DNA of 64,000 nt, from IMG/VR virus record IMGVR_UViG_3300009183_004450. The stretch is one strand, 5' to 3'. This document shows positions 48,816 through 59,700 of the stretch, one piece after another; position 1 is the stretch's first letter; each line of letters starts with the position of its first letter. The position numbers were made by a program, and so were the translations under genes. The notes beneath the pieces are model-generated. The model worked only from the letters and a program-made list of their open reading frames with translations. It did no database searches and was not told the DNA's origin. The stretch comes from an uncultured virus (IMG/VR IMGVR_UViG_3300009183_004450) (Duplodnaviria > Heunggongvirae > Uroviricota > Caudoviricetes).

Positions 48816-51263
48816 TTATTTTCTCTTCTTTCCTGCCAACCACAAGATATCCTGCAATTCAGGGTCTGGTGTAGTATTTATTGATTCAAATTGAACTGAC
48901 TTAACTGCTTCCTTGCTGCTAGTAGTTGGACTACTTTGCTTCTGTTTAATTACTTTTGCTATTTCATCATCAGCATCATCAGGTTTGTCTGTGGGTGCGT
49001 AACTCTTCTGTAAAATTTTAGTTGGGTCAATTTTATCAACTGTGTGCATTACTCCTGGCACTTGTGGATTGGCTGATTTAAAATTAATTGGTTCAGCTTT
49101 TTGTGATGCAATAGGTTCAAACTTAAAAGGAGTTGGCTCAGATGGTTTTTCCTTGGTAGTATCTTTTACAGGTGCTGTCTTGTCTGTAGAAGATACAGGC
49201 GCTGCAGATGTTTTTGCTGGCTTTTCAGGTGTTGTAGCTGCAGGTGCTGCAGATGTCTTTGCTGGCTTTTCGGGTGCTACAGGTGCAGATGTCTTTGCTG
49301 GCTTTTCAACGTTTGGCTTAGTCTCTGGATTATTATTTGCTACAGGTGTCTTATCTGCACTAAATTTATTTTTAAACCAATCCGCCATTGCATCGCCTTT
49401 GGTACGTCCTGACATTTCACCGGCTTCGGCACTTTTTGCGCCAACTAATGCTCCTAGTGCTGCTGTTCCGACTGCTGCAAGTTTTCCTTTTTTAGCCGAT
49501 GCCACTTGACGATCTTGCATCATGTTACTTAGATTCGAATATGTTGATCTGACTGTATCGTTTGGACTTAGATTAGGATTCTGAGTATAAACAGGATTCT
49601 TAATTACTCTGACTTCTCCAGTGCGCTTATCTTTTTTGCGTACATACTCAGGAATAACAGAAGATAATGTTGCATCAGGGCCTTGCTGTAATATTTGTGT
49701 GGCTTTCCCTGGTCCAAAGAAATGACTCATATATAACGAACCACTTGTAACAGGAACTTTAGATGATCTTAATTTATTAATATAGTCTTGAGTTGCAATA
49801 GCCAATGTTTGTTTTTGCAAATTGGTATCAGCTTTAAACTCTTCCCATGTTTTACCGTATAGTGGAGAATCTGGTCGTGCTTGTTGTACCATGCCTTTAA
49901 AAGTGCTTGGCATAAATTGTGCTATCCCAAAAGCAGAACTGCCTGATTTATTCTGTATATTCTTTCCGCCGCTTTCTCTGCTTACTACATTTCTAAGAAA
50001 TTGTCTAACTGCTTCGGAATCGTCTTCAGTCAATTTCAATGATTCGTTAGTGTTGCCATCGCCGGGCCAATATTTGCTGCCTCTGGCTTTTAATCTATCA
50101 GCTGCTGACTGTTCCGGAGATATTTCGTCTGCTGCCGGTGCTGCTGCGGGTGCGTCTGGAGCAGTAGGAGTTGGTGTACGATTACTAGGGCTTCTGTTAC
50201 CGCCACTATTACTTGATCCATCGTTGATCCATGACGCATCAACGTCGGGAGTATTAGAACCTGAACTAGGAGTAGCAGTTGGACTATCAGTTGCTGTATC
50301 ACCGGAACCTGTATTACTAGCAGGTGGGTCCATGACTGCTCGCATTGGTCCTTTAACAAGTCCACCTAGGCTAGGTTTCCATTCTTGATCTGCGGGGGTA
50401 GTTAAATAGTCTGCTGCTGCGGCTGCGCTAACTGCGCTAGCGGCAGTTTTTATTGGATTACGTTTAAGTATGTTAGGTCTGTTTGCATTTACTGCATCAA
50501 GCTCGGCTTGTGCTTTTTTGGTATCAATTCTGGCTTGTTTAACCTGCTCGATTCCCTTGGCATCAGTGGTACCGTATCGAAAGTTTTTGTATCTGTCTAC
50601 TAGTCCAGGCTTTTTTGCTGCGGCTGCAGCTGGAGCATCAACAGCAGGTGTGTCTACTTTAGATGCGGGTGCATCAGCTGGCTTATTTAAATCTAATTCT
50701 TTTCCGGATCTAGAGCCAGTTCTTGGTGTCATTTGAACGTCTGCTGTAGGTGCCGCAGGTGCTGCTGCTGTTCTTTGTGACGGAGGAACATTTAATTTAG
50801 AATAATCTTTTGGCTCAGGAATGTTAACGTCACGTTTGGGAATGTCAGGTGTTTTTTTAAGCAGACTGGCAGCGAGATCTTTGCCCTTTGACCATAAGCC
50901 GGCTTCGTCAAGATCATGTTCTTCCATTGGCATTTGTTCAGCCGATGATACCGATGGTTGAAGTTTCTTGGCTAATTCTTTCCAGCCGCCTGCAGATTTA
51001 GCTTCATCTCTAGCAATATTAAATGCATCCAACGCACCAGACACAGCAGTACCAGGACCTGGTACTGTACCAGCTGCTGCTGATAATCCGGCAATACCGG
51101 CACCAACATAATCTTTATCAGCAGCCCGGGCAGCAGCATCTGCTACACCGAACCCAACACCTACTCCAAATGGAGCATACTTTCCAGCTTTTTTAAGTGC
51201 TGCTTTGGCTATGTCTGCTCCGCCTTCGTTAACGGGCTTTTTTATAATATCACTGGCTTTCAT
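48816..51263 (-). CDS. Putative virion protein with a lytic transglycosylase-like domain
   Basis: RESGG, SSAFGIAQFMPST, LYMSHFFGPG, QNP; EKPAKTSA repeats. Confidence 0.7.
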   Translation of the reverse strand: MKASDIIKKPVNEGGADIAKAALKKAGKYAPFGVGVGFGVADAAARAADKDYVGAGIAGLSAAAGTVPGPGTAVSGALDAFNIARDEAKSAGGWKELAKKLQPSVSSAEQMPMEEHDLDEAGLWSKGKDLAASLLKKTPDIPKRDVNIPEPKDYSKLNVPPSQRTAAAPAAPTADVQMTPRTGSRSGKELDLNKPADAPASKVDTPAVDAPAAAAAKKPGLVDRYKNFRYGTTDAKGIEQVKQARIDTKKAQAELDAVNANRPNILKRNPIKTAASAVSAAAAADYLTTPADQEWKPSLGGLVKGPMRAVMDPPASNTGSGDTATDSPTATPSSGSNTPDVDASWINDGSSNSGGNRSPSNRTPTPTAPDAPAAAPAADEISPEQSAADRLKARGSKYWPGDGNTNESLKLTEDDSEAVRQFLRNVVSRESGGKNIQNKSGSSAFGIAQFMPSTFKGMVQQARPDSPLYGKTWEEFKADTNLQKQTLAIATQDYINKLRSSKVPVTSGSLYMSHFFGPGKATQILQQGPDATLSSVIPEYVRKKDKRTGEVRVIKNPVYTQNPNLSPNDTVRSTYSNLSNMMQDRQVASAKKGKLAAVGTAALGALVGAKSAEAGEMSGRTKGDAMADWFKNKFSADKTPVANNNPETKPNVEKPAKTSAPVAPEKPAKTSAAPAATTPEKPAKTSAAPVSSTDKTAPVKDTTKEKPSEPTPFKFEPIASQKAEPINFKSANPQVPGVMHTVDKIDPTKILQKSYAPTDKPDDADDEIAKVIKQKQSSPTTSSKEAVKSVQFESINTTPDPELQDILWLAGKKRK

Positions 51264-51272
51264 CTAATTGCC

Positions 51273-52094
51273 TTATTTTGCAAATCTATCTTTCTTGGGA
51301 CGACCGCGACCTTTTGGAGTCATATCAACGTCGGCGCCTTTGTCTACTGCATCATAGTCACGCTCGTGTTTGGTACCGGTTTTAGTGATTGTTTTTTTAC
51401 CGTGTGCGGTTTTACCTTCTCTGTCATCCATACGCTTTTTAGCGTCAGCTACTGTAGGAAAACCTTCTTGTACTTTATACTCTTTATCACCAACTTTAAA
51501 CTCGTCGGCACCTGTGGCTTTGGCTTTGGCCACTGCACCACTAAAAGCATTGCCTTCTTTTTTCTTGTCTTTTCCGGCACGTAATGCCTTGAGATCATTG
51601 GCATCAATTTTGTCAGGTGGCGGACTCATTTGGGCAATTTTCTTTTGACCTGGTGATAGCATATCTTCGTCTATACCATCTTCGCCCAACTTCTTGCCAG
51701 CGGCTGCGGCTTTCTGAAACTTTGCCTTACCATACTTCTTACGACCAATGCTTGCAGCAAGACCTTCAGGATTTTCTATACCGCCTTGCTTTTTTAAAGC
51801 TCCAACAGTTTTCTTAAAGCCCATGTACTTTTCGTTTAGTTGCTTTTCAACTTGTGCAACTGCTTCAGCAACAGCACCTTTGCTTTTTTCTTTAGCAGCC
51901 TTTTTCATTGGCTCTTTGGTATCGCCATCTTTGTCCATGTCAAGAAAGTCAGGCTTGCTGCCTTTGCTTTCGTCTACACATTTGCATTTTGCTTTGCCGC
52001 AAGATTTACAAACTGTCCTACCTTCAGACAATACATTTTTAACTGAATCAAGATTGTTAAACTTCTTTAGGATATCATAGATATTGTTTGACAT
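51273..52094 (-). CDS. Basic putative internal head protein
   Basis: CKSCGKAKCKC, DFLDMDKDGD, C-terminal GRGRPKK. Confidence 0.6.
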   Translation of the reverse strand: MSNNIYDILKKFNNLDSVKNVLSEGRTVCKSCGKAKCKCVDESKGSKPDFLDMDKDGDTKEPMKKAAKEKSKGAVAEAVAQVEKQLNEKYMGFKKTVGALKKQGGIENPEGLAASIGRKKYGKAKFQKAAAAGKKLGEDGIDEDMLSPGQKKIAQMSPPPDKIDANDLKALRAGKDKKKEGNAFSGAVAKAKATGADEFKVGDKEYKVQEGFPTVADAKKRMDDREGKTAHGKKTITKTGTKHERDYDAVDKGADVDMTPKGRGRPKKDRFAK

Positions 52095-52720
52095 TATTTT
52101 TTTCCTTTGCGCATGTCGGTAATTTTATTTTGGTTTGATCCTACAGGACTCTTAACACCTTGTGGAATCTGATTTGTTGTCGCTGCTGCTTTAGTTCTTT
52201 CTGAGGCGCGAGTTTTAACTAACTCATCGTTTGACTTTAGGGCAGACATAGCCGGTGCATGTTGTTCTAGTTCTTTAAGCATGCTGTCCTTGCGACGATC
52301 GCCAACTAGGTCTTGTGCACCTGCGACATCTTTGAGTTCACCGTCTAGTAGCAATGCACCTTCATGGTCTTTACCATAGGCTTCTGCATAATCATTCTGC
52401 TCTGCTTGTTGTTTACCATATACACATACCCACTCGGCTTGCATGCCAGTACGCTCACGCAATAGTTGAGCAATTTGTACTGAGGTAGTAGGGTATGCCA
52501 CAGTGGCTTCGAACTGCCAGCATTCGCATGCACCCCATTTTGGGAATTCTCTGTGTTCCATAACTGGAAGACTTTTAGGAGTAGTAACACTCACCAACTC
52601 GTATGCATCTAGTGCATTCTTAATTTCTTCCATTATGTCTTTGGGATTTTGTTTAGCGACTTTAATCCTAAACTCGTAGTTTGTGTTTCGTTCTGCGATG
52701 TAAGCGTGTAGACTTTTCAT
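52094..52720 (-). CDS. Putative virion protein
   Basis: MKSLHAYIAE N-terminus; late box upstream. Confidence 0.6.
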   Translation of the reverse strand: MKSLHAYIAERNTNYEFRIKVAKQNPKDIMEEIKNALDAYELVSVTTPKSLPVMEHREFPKWGACECWQFEATVAYPTTSVQIAQLLRERTGMQAEWVCVYGKQQAEQNDYAEAYGKDHEGALLLDGELKDVAGAQDLVGDRRKDSMLKELEQHAPAMSALKSNDELVKTRASERTKAAATTNQIPQGVKSPVGSNQNKITDMRKGKK

Positions 52721-52745
52721 AGGTTTTATCCTGTTTATAGAGTAT

Positions 52746-53240
52746 TTATGTGTTTTTGTTCTTTTGGAGAATCTGCTCTAGTAGAGCATTACGATCTAGT
52801 ACGATTCCTTGTCCTTCAACTGCACGACTTCCGGGATCATCTTTACTCATTTGATGATCTAGTCTGGCTTTTTGTAGCTGCAGGCTGACCATGCGTAGCT
52901 TCTTGTCCATTTTAGCAGTTTTAGCAGTAATGGCATGCCCCAGTAATGTACCAGCAGTTTGGAATACTACTCCACCAAATCTGGGATCCATGTTCATCCC
53001 AAGATCCATTAGATCTTCGAATTTTTCTTTGGCTAGATTTGCAAGCTCGTCCATTTCTTCGTCGCTGGCTTCTAGGTCGCGCACTGTGGGCAATGCTAGA
53101 TCAATTTTATCTATAGCATCATCCACTTGGGCTATTATGTCTTGCTGGTCTTGTATGGTTTGAAATGCTTCGCTGGTTTCTGCTGAGGCATCTGCAGGAA
53201 CTTCAGGGAGATCAAATAGTTCGGCTAGTTTCTTGGTCAT
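52746..53240 (-). CDS. Helical late protein (terminase small subunit candidate)
   Basis: Coiled-coil character, DRNALL tail, late box; function uncertain. Confidence 0.35.
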   Translation of the reverse strand: MTKKLAELFDLPEVPADASAETSEAFQTIQDQQDIIAQVDDAIDKIDLALPTVRDLEASDEEMDELANLAKEKFEDLMDLGMNMDPRFGGVVFQTAGTLLGHAITAKTAKMDKKLRMVSLQLQKARLDHQMSKDDPGSRAVEGQGIVLDRNALLEQILQKNKNT

Positions 53241-53248
53241 GCTCGTAT

Positions 53249-53686
53249 TTACCGAGCTCGACCTTGATGGAAGATATCATTTTCTGTTAGGACTCGAAAA
53301 CGCAATCCATTTTGATTACACCAGGCTTGTGCTGCTTGCCACTTGTACATGTTCAATACTGCTGCTGCTTGGTCACGAGGGCTTTTACCTGCTGCTTCTA
53401 GTGTAGTTTGTTTTGAAGGTTTAATTTCAACCAGTTCACCAAACTTTTCACCGTTTTTGTTTACATACATAATCATAAAATCTGGTACATAAATGGTATT
53501 TTTATTTGTAAAAGGATTCCGATAAGGAATGTGTATTGCTTCGCTAGCCCATTGTAGTACTGCAGGATTTTCATCACAGAAGCGCATAAAACTATGTTCC
53601 CAACTGCTACGAAACTGAGGAACTTTTTTACCCACATACTTGTCGGCATTGACAATTTGATAAAAACCGTTAGCGTATTTGCCCAT
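53249..53686 (-). CDS. gp4: Head completion nuclease (gp4-like)
   Basis: RSSWE, WASE, YVPDF, EIKP, KWQAA, LTE. Confidence 0.88.
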   Translation of the reverse strand: MGKYANGFYQIVNADKYVGKKVPQFRSSWEHSFMRFCDENPAVLQWASEAIHIPYRNPFTNKNTIYVPDFMIMYVNKNGEKFGELVEIKPSKQTTLEAAGKSPRDQAAAVLNMYKWQAAQAWCNQNGLRFRVLTENDIFHQGRAR

Positions 53687-54084
53687 TATGATATTATAGT
53701 ACGTTGAATATATTTGTTCAATTGAGGAGTGTTGTTAATGCCAAGGTAACTAGTTCCCACACGTTCAAAATTCAAAAACATCGCTGTGTATGCATCCAGT
53801 TCACCAGCACTTAATTTTTGAAACTCTTTTAAAGTAATCATCGGATCTAGTCCTTGTTTAAGACTAGTGTAGATTACCGCGCTGGCCAATGCTTTGGCAC
53901 TTTCTTTATTAGATGTTATCTGTTCAAAATACGCAACTATTGCACTATCTACATTGCTACTTACGTTTATTGGTATATCAAAATAGTTATTAAAATATTT
54001 TTCCACATCACGTGTTGTTAACGGATTGGTATTAATCTCACTTAAATTGGTAGGATAGATCGCTCTTGTAATTAATTTAGCCAT
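53686..54084 (-). CDS. Hypothetical protein
   Basis: Coupled ORF in the tail/head operon. Confidence 0.6.
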   Translation of the reverse strand: MAKLITRAIYPTNLSEINTNPLTTRDVEKYFNNYFDIPINVSSNVDSAIVAYFEQITSNKESAKALASAVIYTSLKQGLDPMITLKEFQKLSAGELDAYTAMFLNFERVGTSYLGINNTPQLNKYIQRTIIS

Positions 54085-54271
54085 TATTCTTATCCTTGGC
54101 TATACCTTGATTACTAGGCACTTTAGGTAACGTTGCTCGCATGTTTGCTATTCCACTTTGAAGTAAGTATGTTTCTTGAGTTTGTGTTTGTAAGACAGCA
54201 AGTTCTTCTCTGGTATAGCTGCTGCTATTACCAAATACGGTTGTTGTGAATATTTTGCTATTACTATCCAT
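54077..54271 (-). CDS. Small hypothetical protein
   Basis: Fills the operon gap, overlaps the next start. Confidence 0.5.
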   Translation of the reverse strand: MDSNSKIFTTTVFGNSSSYTREELAVLQTQTQETYLLQSGIANMRATLPKVPSNQGIAKDKNNG

Positions 54272-54273
54272 AA

Positions 54274-55953
54274 TTAACTTCTAGCCGGCACAGTCGATCT
54301 ACCGCCTGTGTATTTTCCTGGAGTACCTTCAACTAGAGTTTGTACGTTAGTGCCAGTAGTAAAGTTTGCTGCATCTCTATTGGCCAGTGCCGTTTCTGGA
54401 GGAATATATGTTGATGACCAAGGTGTCTGTAATAAAGGATTTGTATTTTGCACAGTGGCGTTCGTGCCTGTGGTGAACAACGGAGCCTGACTCACAGTGG
54501 CAATAGATTGCGATCCAGCAAATGATTGACTTGATAAAATATTTTGACTATTGGGAGCAGATTGCGATGCTGTTGCTTTTGTTATTTGTTCGTTTTTAAC
54601 TCGTTCAGCTGATGCTGCTGCTGATCTTGTAGCGACTATATCGTTAAGTGCTTTGTTATATGTAAAGTCATCTTCTGGTGATGTGCTGCTAACCGCTACT
54701 AGCGGTGAATTATATGCTATGTTCACTACTTTATTCAATGAGCCTCCTGTTACAGAACCTTGACTATTAACTGCTACTCCAGCCAAGGCTAAGCCAGCAC
54801 CTAATGCAGGTTTTCCTGTAACAGCAAGTACAGTTCCGGCAGTAGCTAGTATTTTTCCTAATCCAATACCTGACCCATTACTTGAAACACTTCCAGCACT
54901 GGCACCAGATGTAAAGTTTGATATTCCACCGGGTGCTGATGGTTTGTCTGCTAGTGATCCCGAGTACGGAACATAGAATCTATCGCGAGGATCTTTGCCA
55001 TTTATAATATCTTTACCTGCTGTTAGTAGCTCTTGTGCAGCTAGGCCTTTGAGATCAACGTTTTTATTATTTTGTGTTGCTCTCAACAATTTAAAGGCAG
55101 CAGATCCAAAATTACCAGCTCTTCCGTCTTGTGTTATTTCATCTGCTGCTGCTAGAATACCACCAGGTCCCAAAATGCTGTTTGTACCGCCACCAGCTAC
55201 AGTCAATGGACTAGGTGCTTTATCGTAGTGCAGGTCTGCAAAACCTTTAACAGTGTTAACAGATACACGACCACTAGAATACAACACAGTCTCGTAGCTG
55301 ATGGTCATCGATGACTCTAATCCACCCTGAGTACTAACATCATGATTGCCGTGACTAAAAGCAGTAATTGTGGGATTAATTAAAGTGTATTCGCTAAATT
55401 TTTTCTGATGCAAACTATAGATTCGTATAGATTGTATGTATTGTGTAGTGAGTGAAGATGTTCGTGGACTATAACCAAAGTTATTAAGTCTATCTCTTTG
55501 TCCTAATGTATATTTGTTAGGTGCTTGATATACAGGATTGATTCCTCCACTGTTGTTATCATATCCAGCATCAGTGTCTCTATAATAATAATTGTAATAG
55601 TCAAACCATAATTTTCTAATCACGTTGGATTGATCGTCGTGAAAGGTTATGTTAATGGAGTCATAGTTAACTTTATTCTGTACAATATTTGGTCTATTGT
55701 AGTTGTTTAAAGTTTTTGTATTAATTGTAAATTTAGGTAAATCAACACCTTTAACTAGCATACCTGCTTCTAGATTTTTATCTCTATCAATTCTAGCCAA
55801 GGTTGGATTTAAATCAAAGAACACATGGAATAGCCAAGAGTATTTGGGGCTTAGTGCATAATTATTATCTACAAATAAGCGCGAGGCATGTTGATAGTCT
55901 TTTATTGTATCGCCGCGGCCTAATTGTGGAAAAAAATTATCAAAGATGTTCAT
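54274..55953 (-). CDS. Tail-tube-like baseplate/tube initiator protein
   Basis: VDLPKF..YDSINITFHDD tube-fold motif; adjacent to the tube gene. Confidence 0.6.
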   Translation of the reverse strand: MNIFDNFFPQLGRGDTIKDYQHASRLFVDNNYALSPKYSWLFHVFFDLNPTLARIDRDKNLEAGMLVKGVDLPKFTINTKTLNNYNRPNIVQNKVNYDSINITFHDDQSNVIRKLWFDYYNYYYRDTDAGYDNNSGGINPVYQAPNKYTLGQRDRLNNFGYSPRTSSLTTQYIQSIRIYSLHQKKFSEYTLINPTITAFSHGNHDVSTQGGLESSMTISYETVLYSSGRVSVNTVKGFADLHYDKAPSPLTVAGGGTNSILGPGGILAAADEITQDGRAGNFGSAAFKLLRATQNNKNVDLKGLAAQELLTAGKDIINGKDPRDRFYVPYSGSLADKPSAPGGISNFTSGASAGSVSSNGSGIGLGKILATAGTVLAVTGKPALGAGLALAGVAVNSQGSVTGGSLNKVVNIAYNSPLVAVSSTSPEDDFTYNKALNDIVATRSAAASAERVKNEQITKATASQSAPNSQNILSSQSFAGSQSIATVSQAPLFTTGTNATVQNTNPLLQTPWSSTYIPPETALANRDAANFTTGTNVQTLVEGTPGKYTGGRSTVPARS

Positions 55954-55975
55954 AGTTAAAAATATTTATGCCAAA

Positions 55976-56003
55976 AAAATACCCGGTCAAAGCCGGGTAT
56001 TTT
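55976..56003 (-). terminator. Intrinsic terminator after the tail tube gene
   Basis: ATACCCGG/CCGGGTAT stem with a U run. Confidence 0.85.
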
Positions 56004-56020
56004 AAATAACAACTGTTTAA

Positions 56021-56644
56021 TTATGTTATACCAGTAATTAATGTGCCTAAAGTTCTTCCAACTGCTGTTCCAATACCAGTTCCAATTGGTGATTGGATAG
56101 CATTATCATACATGATTGTTAATGCAATAGTAGCTGGTTCATTGCTGCTATAATCCATTTCGCCGTAGTTCACAGTCTGTACTAGCGCACCATACAGTTC
56201 CCAAGTTTCTAGTACATTGGGTTGATTTGCACCGTTACCGCCATCGAGCATTTCGAACTTTAACAAGAATTTGTAATCAATACCAGAACTTGCACTTGCT
56301 TGCTCAGCAAAATCAAATTGTTTCTGAATTTGTTCGCCAACCAATTTACTAATATTACCACCTGCGTCATCACGCAATGTAACGTTAACCGCTTCCCAAG
56401 ATGGCTTGCCAACTAGGTTTACTTTACTGTTATAAACATCAATGGTAAATGGGTTAAAATTTAAATTTGGGCGACTAATTGATGCAACTTGCTTAGTTAG
56501 CTCAACTTTGTCTGTACTTACACCGAAGTTTTCAAATATTGCACGGAAGCGATATTTTAGCTTAGGCATTAACAAGCCTTGTGTGCTAGCACTCTGGTTA
56601 GTTGCTAATGGTACTGTAAATTTGTTCAATGAGGCTATTGCCAT
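56021..56644 (-). CDS. gp19: Tail tube protein
   Basis: PKLKYRFR, GKPSWEAVNVTLRDD, WELYG, YDNA; follows the sheath gene. Confidence 0.85.
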   Translation of the reverse strand: MAIASLNKFTVPLATNQSASTQGLLMPKLKYRFRAIFENFGVSTDKVELTKQVASISRPNLNFNPFTIDVYNSKVNLVGKPSWEAVNVTLRDDAGGNISKLVGEQIQKQFDFAEQASASSGIDYKFLLKFEMLDGGNGANQPNVLETWELYGALVQTVNYGEMDYSSNEPATIALTIMYDNAIQSPIGTGIGTAVGRTLGTLITGIT

Positions 56645-56693
56645 TTATATTCTCCTGTTATAGGTATTTATCAAATTTTTTCCAAAATTTTCT

Positions 56694-56714
56694 AGGGGGT
56701 ATTTTACACCCCCT
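56694..56714 (-). terminator. Hairpin after the sheath gene
   Basis: AGGGGGT/ACCCCCT inverted repeat; no clear U tract. Confidence 0.45.
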
Positions 56715-56722
56715 TACCCATA

Positions 56723-59700
56723 TTATATTCCTGCTGCTATATCACCTGGGTTTTTTAAACGAATCGGAATGTAGATGAATTCAACATCCTTCATTGGTTC
56801 AATAGCAATATCAACGTACAACTCATTTCTAGCGATGCGTGTTGGTGTATTATTTGTTTCGTCGCATACAACTAGATAATCGTAAATACCGCGTTTTGCT
56901 ATTAAATCGTTAATTGCACCACTGATGATATTCTTAATCTGATCACGTGTGATCTTGTCGTTTGGTTCAAACAAGAATCCGTTACCAACGCTGGCAAGTA
57001 TTGTACGAATGTAGTTAACTAAACGTGCTACATTGATACGATCCAATGCACTTGCAGTACCGTTACGTGTTTTTTGTCCCCAAACAACTAAACCAACTCC
57101 AGGTAAGTTAGTAATAGGATTGATTCTGTTCTCGTACAATGTATCGCGTAGTCCTTCTCTAATAGAATTAAAGTTGTACTCGCCTGTGGCAGCATCAATG
57201 AAACCAATGCTACTTGCATTATCCACTAGACCACGACGTGTGCCAGCCGGAGCAAACCACTGATATGCCACGTTGTCGTTGTAAATCATTGTACGTAACG
57301 CCATATGACTTGCCGGAACAGTAATTGTATTACCTGATAAATCACTTGTTTGTCCACTTGGGTAATAAACACCCAAGTAAGGATCAGCTGTCGCTAAACC
57401 ATCACCGTTAGTGTTATTGCTCCAGTTAGCAATATCAATTGCATTAGGTGCTAGACGCATTGGAGTATCGCCAATGATAAACGCTGTATTGGCACGATCA
57501 TTGTTTAGTGAAACCATTTCGTCAATCAACTCAGGGTAACCAGGAGCACATATAATATTAAATTGATACTGCTCTTCACGTACTTCTGTGTTAGCAATAA
57601 TTGCTGCTTGCATTGCGGCAGTAATCATTCTACGCTGTGCTTGACGACCCATGTATGGACTGCCGTTATCTTTCAACCCACTGGCTGTTTGCCAAGTATT
57701 TTTAATAGTTGGTAACGAGCTAGGTGCGCCAGCCGACGGTGATGTAGGTAAGTCAGGATATGCATTTGCATTAAACTTGTTACTTACATATTGTTTTACG
57801 TTGTATCCGGAGCGACGTGTGTTGAATAACAACATGCCACGTGGATATAATCTATAATCCGGAGCATCAACGTCAATGTAATCGCTGGCTATTAGATCTG
57901 TTACTGCCGGTAATGAGCCAGTGATAATGTCTGTGGTACCATCAGTGTCCCAACGAGCATCAGCAAACAAAATACCATTCTGACTAACTTGGTCGGTATT
58001 GTCAATCAAGCCCCAAGCACTGCCATCATAACGATATAAGGCTGGATAGTTTTCTAAATCTCCAGTATCTAACCAAAGGTCGCCACCTACTAATGCAGTA
58101 ACGCCATCGCTTTGATATTCTGGTTCACTGGCACTAACTATAACGCCTTCGGGATCAGTGGAACCTAGATCGTAACCACGTGCATCTGTTTTAGTTGCGC
58201 TACCATCATAGTATGATGTATTTCTATAACCTCTCCAGCCGCCAATTTCGTTGACCATGATATCAACAGTTGCAGGATCACTATAGTACCATAACGTACC
58301 ATCTACAGGAGCTTGGTAAGGCTCGTTTGCACTGAAAGTGTATGTTAATGCTTCCCAGTTAGTTAATGCCAAAGTAGTACCATATGCAATTGTACCAGTG
58401 GTACTGGTGCTAAATCCGGCCTCTACAGTTGGAGTCCCGGTACTGTCAGTTAGGTAAATATCGCCACCATAAATGTGAGTAAATGTAATAGCATTACCTG
58501 TACCAACAGAAATATTCAATTCAGGAATATTTTTTGCTAAAACATCACTAACAAAGCTGGCAGGACTAGATCCTGTTAATGTAACTGAATATTCTGTAAT
58601 TGTTGCGCTGCCAATGGAGGTAACACCAATTACAATAACGTCAGTCGCGGTTAAAGCAGTTGAACTAAGTGCAGTACCAGTTACGATCGTTTGACCAGCA
58701 ACTCTTCTACGGAATGGTTTGAATCCGCCTGTGTCTGTACGCAATGGATCGTAAGCGACCCATACTGTACCTGCTGCAATTCCGTTTCCGCCGCCAGCTG
58801 GATCTAATCCGTATAACGCATCTTCTGCTCTATTGTAAAAAGGAGCTGCTAAAGTGGCAAATGATTCTGTACTTGAATTATAGCGTTTGATAACAACATC
58901 AGATCCGCTACCAGTTGCTCCTAATTTTGCAAATATACTTCCACTTGGACGAGGCACTGTATCGGTGCTTCTCCAACTTGGTACTTCAGCAAATGTACCG
59001 TATGTTAATAATGGATTTGCATATGTTCCAGCAACAACACCCAATGTAGCTAACGGTGTACCAACCCCATTTGCAATAGTAATCTTACCATCGGCTGTGC
59101 TACCATTGCTTTCTGCCAACGATGATGCATAAATTTCTAATTTACCATTAACTGCTGCAGAGGTTACACCATCAATTGTTGCGGCATTAATTAATGCAGC
59201 CACTTGTGCTACTGTTTTAGTAGTTGCGGTATTACCTAAACTAACTGTTGTTCCATTGATAACTATGGTCCATTGTGGGCTAGCAACAGGAATAGCAGTA
59301 GTTGTTGTACCTTTAATGGTAGGCCATGAAATCTGCCAGGCTGTGGTTCCTAAACGAACCCAAGTATTACTTCTGTTCTTGTAAAATAACAATGCATTGC
59401 TGCCAGTATTAAAAGCAACTGCATAACTACCAATCTGACCAACATCTGAATCTGGTACTTCAATGCTACTGCTAATAGTACTGTCATCAGTGGAAGTAAC
59501 TAGTATTGGACTTTTAAGACTAAAGGTACCTGTAACTGCATCCCACTCGTTGATACCCCAGGCAGATTCTGTTAAATCCATCCAGTGTGTATTGTTGGCA
59601 ACTGCACCAGTAGGACGAACACTAGTTCCGACTAGTTCGTCTAGGTTAATATCTGCACGAATAGCGTACAGTCTATTAACATTGCCAAGTGCGCTATAAG

